Source: Cyclobacteriaceae bacterium (GTDB taxonomy: Bacteria; Bacteroidota; Bacteroidia; Cytophagales; Cyclobacteriaceae). Taken from it: a stretch of 64,000 nt of DNA. The notes beneath the pieces were generated by a model that saw nothing but the letters and a program-made list of their open reading frames with translations, had not been told where the DNA came from and made no database searches. A program made the position numbers and the translations under genes. Location: the NCBI GenBank assembly GCA_035492075.1, contig DATJJP010000030.1:4076-68075 (forward strand), given 5' to 3'. How positions within the stretch are numbered: position 1 is the stretch's first letter; the number at the start of each line of letters is the position of its first letter. Shown piece after piece: positions 57,597 through 64,000 of this stretch.

Positions 57597-58385
57597 TCAG
57601 AACTTATGTACCTGCAAGAAAACCAACGTGAGAATAAACAGAATGAAATTGACAATGGCCACATTGAACCGAAACTCCACCCCTTTCCAATAAAATGTCC
57701 CGGCTAAGGAAGTAAGCAAAAGTACCACAGGCCAAAAGATGAAACTCCCGTAAATCGATAGATCAATCGACGTACGAAAGTGTGTGCGCTCATCTTCCAA
57801 CATGCGAGGCACTGAAAACCAGGCCGACCTGTAGATCGTTAGTTGGGTTGCGCGCCTCAATTTCTTTGCCGCCTCCCGTGAAACATTTACGGATTTACCA
57901 TCGCGCAGCTGCAATTTGAAACTGGATCCTCTTGTCGGGTTTTCGTTAATCACATTGGTTTGAGTCTTTACCGGTGGCAATGAATAATCGGCAATCAATA
58001 CGATCGAGAACAGCAGCGTTAACCTGGAAACCATCAATGCATAGCGAAGGTTTTCGGCCATCATTGCCAAAATCTCTTCGCGGTGGGTTGGCTTTTTAGG
58101 TCCTGTTGGTTTAGGTTTCGGCCGATAACGGGGATCGCGGTGCTTGGGTGGCTCTGATGGCTGCTCCACCACTTCCTCCCCCCGAAGCATCTGATCATAG
58201 ATCGACTTTTTAACAGGATCGCCAAGCACTTCGTATGCCTCGTTTACTTCTTTGAAAATCTCCTCTGCTTCGGGTGAGTTATTCTTATCGGGGTGGAATT
58301 GAACGGCGAGCTTGCGATACGCTCGTTTTACCTCTGCTTCGCTGGCGTAGATGTTGAGGCTCAGTATGAAATAGTAGTTTTTCAA
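57597..58385 (-). CDS. membrane-anchored J-domain protein
   Basis: J domain KNYYFILSL...[14 protein letters not shown]...YEVLGDP followed by TM helices. The track start (58442) lies inside the usp terminator hairpin, so the TTG at 58385 (MKNYY...) is proposed as the start. Confidence 0.7.
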   Translation of the reverse strand: MKNYYFILSLNIYASEAEVKRAYRKLAVQFHPDKNNSPEAEEIFKEVNEAYEVLGDPVKKSIYDQMLRGEEVVEQPSEPPKHRDPRYRPKPKPTGPKKPTHREEILAMMAENLRYALMVSRLTLLFSIVLIADYSLPPVKTQTNVINENPTRGSSFKLQLRDGKSVNVSREAAKKLRRATQLTIYRSAWFSVPRMLEDERTHFRTSIDLSIYGSFIFWPVVLLLTSLAGTFYWKGVEFRFNVAIVNFILFILTLVFLQVHKF

Positions 58386-58410
58386 TAGCAGCAGGTCAAA
58401 AACCCAGGAA

Positions 58411-58457
58411 CAAAAATAAATAATAAAGCCCGCCTTCGTCAAGACGTCGGCGGGCTT
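58411..58457 (-). terminator. rho-independent terminator of the usp gene
   Basis: Minus strand reads AAGCCCGCC-gacgtcttgacgaa-GGCGGGCTT followed by a T-rich tract. Confidence 0.75.
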
Positions 58458-58478
58458 GTTTCTTTAAGCTGCTATTTA

Positions 58479-59327
58479 TTAGTGTCGAACCACAAAAGTC
58501 AAAACCGGACGTTTGGCGTGCCCTACTACATCTTCCGCTATACTTCCGGCCATCACGTGGGCAAATCCCGTGCGACCATGGGTAGCCATTGCAATCATAT
58601 CTGCATTGATGCTTTCCGCGAAATAGATAATTCCTTCTTCCTCTCCCACGTCGTTGTACACATTGATCGTATAGTTCTTCAGCCCTAGCTTCTTGGCAAA
58701 CTTGTACAGGTTGTCTTTCGAAACCCTGTCACGTTGGAAGTTAGACGGTGTGTTGACGCGCAACAGGTGAATCGTAGAGTCATAAACCTGCTGTGTGCGT
58801 TTGACGATACGAGAAAAGACTTCTTCCTCTGGCGACATGGCGGTGGCATACACCACGTTCTTGAAATCCAAGACGGTGGGTTTCTTGTGCACCGTCAGCA
58901 CAGGGCATCGGGACAGCCTTACCACTTTTTCGGTGTTGGTACCAATCACCATTTCATCCAATTTGGTATGACCTCGTGTGCCCATCACCACCAAATCCAC
59001 TTTCTTTTCAGTGATAATCGTCGTGATCCCATGATAAGGATTACCCACACGCAGCTCACCGGTGATCTTCACCGCCTCATACCTGGGATCTTTCACCAGC
59101 TTCTCCAACTGCGCACTCGATTTTTTCAATAGTTCATAGGTATAGATCCGGTCTTCCCAATTGGACTTGTGCCACTCGCCCGTAATGCGATACGACTCTG
59201 TCGTAATTTCCTCCACCACATTCATTGCAACAATTTCAGCCCCATACTTTTTTGCAATCTCAAACGCAACATCAAAGGCGGTCATTGATGCTTTTGAAAA
59301 ATCGACAGGAATCAAAATTTTTTTCAT
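58479..59327 (-). CDS. universal stress protein, tandem Usp domains
   Basis: Two UspA modules, each ending in a G-x2-G-x9-G(S/T)-type ATP motif (MGTRGHT..., MATHGRTGF...GSIAEDV). Confidence 0.88.
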   Translation of the reverse strand: MKKILIPVDFSKASMTAFDVAFEIAKKYGAEIVAMNVVEEITTESYRITGEWHKSNWEDRIYTYELLKKSSAQLEKLVKDPRYEAVKITGELRVGNPYHGITTIITEKKVDLVVMGTRGHTKLDEMVIGTNTEKVVRLSRCPVLTVHKKPTVLDFKNVVYATAMSPEEEVFSRIVKRTQQVYDSTIHLLRVNTPSNFQRDRVSKDNLYKFAKKLGLKNYTINVYNDVGEEEGIIYFAESINADMIAMATHGRTGFAHVMAGSIAEDVVGHAKRPVLTFVVRH

Positions 59328-59555
59328 AGAATTAACTTTTGTGTGTTAAGTGACTCAAGTTAATAAGAATTGACAATTCAAATGCTATTTACTGACTAAT
59401 GTCAGCTTATCCACGAATGAAAAGAATAGTCCCTTGTACTAAAAATAAGTAGCGGCCCCATCGCGGCGGATGCCCCCTGGATGATGCCCGAACGTTCGCC
59501 TTTCAAATGCAAAACCATGGATCCAAGGGAACGAAAGTCACGTCGGCTGCCCTGA

Positions 59556-60452
59556 CTAAGCCAGCAAATTCCCGATCCCGAAAAGCAACACAAATAACAA
59601 CGTTGACAACGCCATCTGCTTTAGCATCGGATCAAGTTTCTCGGACGGCAAAGTCGACACCTTTATTCCATTGACGAAAAGTAAGGGTGCAGACAATAAA
59701 AAGAGGAATTGAATCGGAGAACGATAGTTCATCCCCACAAAAAACGAGGCAAACAAAATACCGCTTATCAAAAGAACCCAATGATAAACTCTGGCTTTGT
59801 CTCTTCCGATCCGCACAGGAATAGAAAATTTTCCTGCCGTTCGATCTGATTCGATGTCGCGTATGTTGTTAATGTTAAGCACCGCGATAGAGAAAAAACC
59901 GCAGCTAAGTGCAGGCAACGCGAAACTCCAGTCAAAAACTTTGGTGAAAAGATAAAGCGATCCCATCACACCAACCAACCCAAAAAATATCAACACGGAA
60001 AGATCACCAAGCCCGATGTAGCCATAGGGTTTTCTACCGACGGTGTAGGCAATCGCGGCGACAATAGAAAGCAAGCCCAGCCCAAAAAAATACAGAAGGG
60101 GTTTCAGTTCAAGGCCAAAAGAAATGTACAACAACGACAGTCCGCTCGCCAAGCAAAGGACTATGAAAATGAAAATCGCTTTTTTCATCTGGTCCGCGGA
60201 AATTGCGCCCGACTGCACGGCACGTTGTGGACCCACTCGCTCTGCGTGGTCGGCACCGTTGACGGTATCGCCATAGTCATTTGAAAGATTGGAAAGTATC
60301 TGGAGGAATATGGTCGTGGCACAGCAGAGGAAAAAAATCGCCCCGTTGAATTTGTTCTGCGAGGCGGCGAGAAACCCGCCCATCCCAATGCAAGACAAGG
60401 AAAGCGGAAGAGTGCGGAGACGAAAGGCCGACAGCCAGATTTTTACGTTCAT
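59556..60452 (-). CDS. menA: 1,4-dihydroxy-2-naphthoate polyprenyltransferase
   Basis: UbiA-fold protein with NDYGD...D motif and NNIRDIESD second Asp-rich motif. Confidence 0.9.
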   Translation of the reverse strand: MNVKIWLSAFRLRTLPLSLSCIGMGGFLAASQNKFNGAIFFLCCATTIFLQILSNLSNDYGDTVNGADHAERVGPQRAVQSGAISADQMKKAIFIFIVLCLASGLSLLYISFGLELKPLLYFFGLGLLSIVAAIAYTVGRKPYGYIGLGDLSVLIFFGLVGVMGSLYLFTKVFDWSFALPALSCGFFSIAVLNINNIRDIESDRTAGKFSIPVRIGRDKARVYHWVLLISGILFASFFVGMNYRSPIQFLFLLSAPLLFVNGIKVSTLPSEKLDPMLKQMALSTLLFVLLFGIGNLLA

Positions 60453-60466
60453 ACTTGTGAAGCAGA

Positions 60467-60994
60467 TTAATTCACAATTTTATCAATAATTTTTCGACTT
60501 TCAGGATCAATCCCTGCTTTAAAAAAAAACACTTCTCGACCGTCTTCGCTGACGAGATACTTCGCAAAATTCCAGTCCGGTTTTTGGCCTGTCTTTGCTT
60601 CGAGCCATTGGTACAACGGATGCTGATCCTTTCCCTTAACAGAAATCTTTTCGAACATGGGAAAGGTGACACCATAATTAATTTCGCAGAATTCAGCAAT
60701 CTCCTTATTGCTGCCCGGCTCTTGATGAAGGAAATTATTTGCAGGGAATCCGAGCACAGTCACTTTGTCGCGAAACTGCTCGTGGACTTTCTCAAGTCCC
60801 TCGTACTGCGGCGTGAACCCGCATTTAGACGCCGTATTTACCAACAAAAGTTTTTTTCCCCGAAATTGAGCAAAGTCAACCTCCTTGCCTGCAAGGCTGT
60901 TGACTTTGAAATCATAAATTGAATTGGAAACGCTCCTTTTTTCCGAGGACGAGAAAAGCCCCGTGAAAAAGGAAACGAGATGAGCCAGATTCAT
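60467..60994 (-). CDS. glutathione peroxidase (Cys type), paralog 2
   Basis: NTASKCGFTPQY, LGFPANNF and WNFAKYLV motifs. Confidence 0.92.
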   Translation of the reverse strand: MNLAHLVSFFTGLFSSSEKRSVSNSIYDFKVNSLAGKEVDFAQFRGKKLLLVNTASKCGFTPQYEGLEKVHEQFRDKVTVLGFPANNFLHQEPGSNKEIAEFCEINYGVTFPMFEKISVKGKDQHPLYQWLEAKTGQKPDWNFAKYLVSEDGREVFFFKAGIDPESRKIIDKIVN

Positions 60995-61491
60995 TTCAGC
61001 TCGCTCACGATCTGGTCATCCAGTGGCTTTACTTTTGAATTGAAGAATTTCACCGTACCGTCGGGCTTCACTAAATATTTACAGAAATTCCAGGTAGGCT
61101 CCTGGCCCGTCTTTTCTTTCAACCAAGCATACAGCGGATGTTGATCTTCGCCTTTCACAGAAATCTTTTCGAACATCTGAAAAGTAACGCCGTACTTGGA
61201 TTTGCAGAAATCACTGATCTCGGCAGCGGTGCCGGGCTCTTGTTGTCCAAAATTATTTGCGGGGAATCCAAGCAACGTCACCTTGTTGCCGTACAGTTCA
61301 TGCAATTTTTGAAGATCTGTGTATTGAGGTGTGTAACCGCACTTGGAGGCGACGTTCACGATCAATAGGGTCTTTCCTTTATATTGTGAAAAGTCGATCT
61401 CTTTTCCGTCGAGAGAATTCATCTTCATATCATAGAGAGATGAAGATGCGGATGCCAACATCGCTATGAAAAGGGCTGCAATTAGTTTCAT
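60991..61491 (-). CDS. glutathione peroxidase (Cys type) with signal peptide, paralog 1
   Basis: MKLIAALFIAMLASASS signal, NVASKCGYTPQY, LGFPANNF and WNFCKYLV. 4-bp overlap with paralog 2. Confidence 0.92.
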   Translation of the reverse strand: MKLIAALFIAMLASASSSLYDMKMNSLDGKEIDFSQYKGKTLLIVNVASKCGYTPQYTDLQKLHELYGNKVTLLGFPANNFGQQEPGTAAEISDFCKSKYGVTFQMFEKISVKGEDQHPLYAWLKEKTGQEPTWNFCKYLVKPDGTVKFFNSKVKPLDDQIVSELK

Positions 61492-61576
61492 AAGTGGATA
61501 GGTTTATTTTGATACGAACACAAATAAATGAAAAAAGTTTGCGTTTGCGAATCAAAAAGGGACAGGTGGCTGTGAC

Positions 61577-62128
61577 TTACGGATCAATCTCTTGTAATTG
61601 AGTCCATTCCCGTAGGGTGATTCTAAAAATATTGACTTGGTTCCCCTTATATACGGTAGCTTTCGCTAGGTTCATTCCGTTCTTCCGGGCAACATTTTCA
61701 GATGGATAGTTACTTAGGCTGATGATTGAAATCAAGGATTCAGAAAAGCGATTTCGGAAAGCCGAATCACGGCAGAGCGTCGCCGCTTCACTCGCGTACC
61801 CTTTACCCCAAAACCTTGGCAGCAGTGAATATCCGATTTCCAGCTCCTGAATTTCGTCTACCGTTTGCACCAACAAGCCGCAATGGCCAACGAGCCTGCC
61901 GCTATGCTTTTCCAATACCGCATTCATTCCGCCTCGCCCATCCTTATAACGACCGAATTGTTTTTCATACCATTTGGTACATTCTTTCTCCGCACTTTCT
62001 TTCTCCTCAATCCAGTGAATAGACGTGGATGGGTCCTTAAAGAACTCCAGCCAATCCACAAAATCTGATTCCTGAATCTTTCGGAAGACCAAACGCTCCG
62101 TTTCACTACCATCGAGAAGAAATTTCAT
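61577..62128 (-). CDS. GNAT family N-acetyltransferase (RimJ/RimL-like)
   Basis: LVFRKI...; acetyl-CoA motif RFWGKGYASEA. Start placed at MKFLLDG. Confidence 0.82.
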   Translation of the reverse strand: MKFLLDGSETERLVFRKIQESDFVDWLEFFKDPSTSIHWIEEKESAEKECTKWYEKQFGRYKDGRGGMNAVLEKHSGRLVGHCGLLVQTVDEIQELEIGYSLLPRFWGKGYASEAATLCRDSAFRNRFSESLISIISLSNYPSENVARKNGMNLAKATVYKGNQVNIFRITLREWTQLQEIDP

Positions 62129-62211
62129 GAAATACTTTTTAGGTACAGGTATGGGAATCAAGTGTCAAATTTAAACGTCGTTACTAATGCCTAAAAACTC
62201 ATTTCTTAATC

Positions 62212-62440
62212 CCACGCGCACTGAACTCTAGGGTGGCACTCATAATGCCACGCGCTTTTTTCCATTCCGCAAAGCGCGTCTCGCGTACTAAGGACTTAAC
62301 GTTACTTTTCACGAGGTCAGACGTGCCAATCCCCATAAATCGAGGTAAAGATGAAATCAATTTTCGCATGTTCATGCGATAGATTTATAAAATCTCTACG
62401 GTTTTTTTTGCGAAAAGGATGTCCCCAAAAATCCACGCGC
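62212..62440 (+). promoter_or_regulatory. three copies of CCACGCGC (62212-62219, 62248-62255, 62433-62440) in the TonB-receptor leader region
   Basis: The identical 8-mer occurs three times within 230 bp. Each copy is preceded by A/T-rich sequence (aatC-, aatG-, aaat-). Confidence 0.4.
62376..62387. promoter_or_regulatory. dyad site 8 (TTCGCATGTTCATGCGAT)
   Basis: The 15-nt string GCATGTTCATGCGAT (62376-62390) is identical to that of site 4 (10510-10524). It lies 150 nt upstream of the TonB-dependent receptor ATG. Confidence 0.5.
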
Positions 62441-62536
62441 AAAACCATTCAGATAGCTATCAATAACCACCGCTAAAATATGGCTCGACCCAATTCTTTG
62501 GGCCATTGAACCAACCCCGACATTAATTATTTAAAC

Positions 62537-64000
62537 ATGAAATACATTTTTACTCTCGCTGTGATCCTTGCTTTCTTTCAATCCTACGGGCAAGTTGACA
62601 CCACTTCCACCGCTCCACTTGAAATGTCGTTGGAAGAATTGATGAACATTAAAATTGTTGCTTCAAAGACCAATCTCACCGCACGCGAGACACCATCAAT
62701 TGTTTCGGTTATCAGTCGGGAAGAAATTAAAAATATGGGGGCGCGTGATCTCATGGACGTACTCAACCAAGTGCCTGGATTTAGTTTTGGTAGCGATGTT
62801 CAAAACACCGCCGGGCTTGGTGCGCGCGGCAACTGGGGTCATGAAGGAAAGATTCTTTTATTGATTGATGGCATTGAGATGAATGAGATATTATATGCCA
62901 CCACTCAGTTTGGCCAGCACTATGATATATCCAACATAGATAGAATTGAAATTATCCGCGGGCCAGGCTCGAGCATTTATGGAGGGTATGCCGAACTAGG
63001 TGTGATCAACATCATTTCACGCACAGGGCAACAAATGAAGGGCGCGTCGGTGTCAGGCATGTATGGCAATTCAGGTGGAGTTACCTCGCGTGAAAACATG
63101 AATCTTAGCTTGGGCAATGGCAACGATCGAATGAATTATTCCTTCAGTGGAATGATTGGCAATGGCATAAGGTCGAACAAAACATATTACGACATCTATG
63201 GAAATCAGACAGACATGGTTAAAACATCTGCACTGAAGCCGTTCCTACTGAACGGCGGTCTCAATGTAGGGCGACTTTCTGTAAACCTGATGTATGACGG
63301 ATATAGCACCAACACGGCCGATCAATACGACCAGATCACAAATCTCCCCTCCGGCGACCCTGACAGGATTTACTTCAACAATTTTTACGCGTCCATAAAA
63401 TACAATTTGAAAGCTGGATCAAAAGTGACGATCACACCGCGGCTTAACTATAAGACAGGCACTCCTTGGAAGACGGCATTGGAATCTCCCTTTGCTTACT
63501 CGGTGGATGCTTCTCGCATGGCCCCCGCTGTAAATATCAACTTTGTTCCCAATCAGGTGATAAACCTGTCTCTTGGTGTTGATTCCTATTTTGATAACGC
63601 GCGGTACACGGGCGCCGACAACGGCTATTTCTCGTCGCTGGGAAAAGACAATTCCGTTTCGTTTAGCAACGTGGGGGCATTTGCCCAGGGCGTATTCAAA
63701 ACCAACTTTGCCAATTTCACCATTGGTGCACGTGCGGACCATCACAGTCAGTTTGGTTCAGCTTTTTCGCCCCGATTGGGAATCACGAAAGCGTGGCCAA
63801 ATTTCCACATCAAAGCGCTGTACAGTAGATCATTCAAATCTCCTGCCATAGAAAACATAAACTACAACCCGGAAATCAAGCCCGAACGCACGGGAGTGGC
63901 GGAATTGGAACTCGGATACAAGTTGAACGAGCACATGTTTGTCACGGTAAACGGATTTGAAATTATCATTAGCGACCCCATCGTGTTTACAGTGGATGCT
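62537..64000 (+). CDS. TonB-dependent receptor (3'-truncated by window end)
   Basis: The frame is open from the ATG at 62537 to the window end (488 codons, translated by hand). It has a signal peptide MKYIFTLAVILAFFQSYGQ and plug-domain motifs ETPSIVSVISREEI, VPGF, LIDGIEMN, IDRIEIIRGPGSSIYG. It is not in the ORF track because no stop codon falls within the window. Confidence 0.88.
   Translation, partial: MKYIFTLAVILAFFQSYGQVDTTSTAPLEMSLEELMNIKIVASKTNLTARETPSIVSVISREEIKNMGARDLMDVLNQVPGFSFGSDVQNTAGLGARGNWGHEGKILLLIDGIEMNEILYATTQFGQHYDISNIDRIEIIRGPGSSIYGGYAELGVINIISRTGQQMKGASVSGMYGNSGGVTSRENMNLSLGNGNDRMNYSFSGMIGNGIRSNKTYYDIYGNQTDMVKTSALKPFLLNGGLNVGRLSVNLMYDGYSTNTADQYDQITNLPSGDPDRIYFNNFYASIKYNLKAGSKVTITPRLNYKTGTPWKTALESPFAYSVDASRMAPAVNINFVPNQVINLSLGVDSYFDNARYTGADNGYFSSLGKDNSVSFSNVGAFAQGVFKTNFANFTIGARADHHSQFGSAFSPRLGITKAWPNFHIKALYSRSFKSPAIENINYNPEIKPERTGVAELELGYKLNEHMFVTVNGFEIIISDPIVFTVDA

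Noticed and set aside
59328-59555. GC-richer 228-bp spacer between menA and usp, including a 63-aa ORF (59402-59593) and a GAACGTTC palindrome
   Set aside because: The ORF overlaps the menA 3' end and has no motifs. I could not fold the segment into a convincing conserved RNA structure or terminator. It is left as unassigned intergenic sequence.
1-64000. Search for mobile elements, prophage genes, CRISPR-Cas, toxin-antitoxin pairs, and tRNA or rRNA genes
   Set aside because: No transposase, integrase, phage structural gene, cas gene, regular short repeat-spacer array, tRNA-like T-arm (GGTTCGAATCC-type) or rRNA sequence was recognised on either strand.

Overview
Gene-dense chromosomal window with about 60 protein genes. 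I found no rRNA, tRNA, CRISPR array, transposase or integrase. It looks like a Bacteroidota genome (Cytophagia/Sphingobacteriia type). The evidence is two proteins with T9SS C-terminal sorting domains, DUF3822-coaD synteny, a bTHX ribosomal protein gene, TAnnTTTG-type -7 boxes close to start codons, and many ATGA/4-bp translational couplings. Housekeeping blocks: an Mla-like ABC system (1.3-3.7 kb), coaD and pyrE, two FtsX-type ABC systems, a complete trpEGDCFBA operon (39.1-45.6 kb, minus strand), nhaA, ahcY, menA, two tandem glutathione peroxidases, and a 3'-truncated TonB-dependent receptor at the window end. The accessory/regulatory block runs from 4.3 to 21.7 kb. It holds an atypical LuxR-type response regulator, an AraC regulator plus histidine kinase, and a stand-alone CZB sensor domain next to a C2-like mini-protein. 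It also holds a minus-strand cluster: PAS kinase, membrane HisKA_3 kinase, NarL-type regulator, then an anchored Ig-like protein, a 1556-aa FN3/T9SS surface protein and a secreted caspase-fold protease. The main hunt results are as follows. (1) A textbook trp leader peptide (MNQFSNSAWWWH...) with terminator and antiterminator lies directly upstream of trpE. It starts 2 nt after the stop codon of a 59-aa bTHX gene that the ORF track missed. (2) A dyad ATCGCAT-N4-ATGCGAT (core GCAT-N4-ATGC) occurs at eight intergenic positions. It links the sensory module, the FN3/caspase operon, the CZB locus, the atypical regulator, a secreted coiled-coil protein and the TonB receptor into a putative regulon. 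(3) A 22-bp inverted repeat brackets the 156-bp divergent CZB promoter region. All functional calls come from reading motifs in the translations. No database search was possible.
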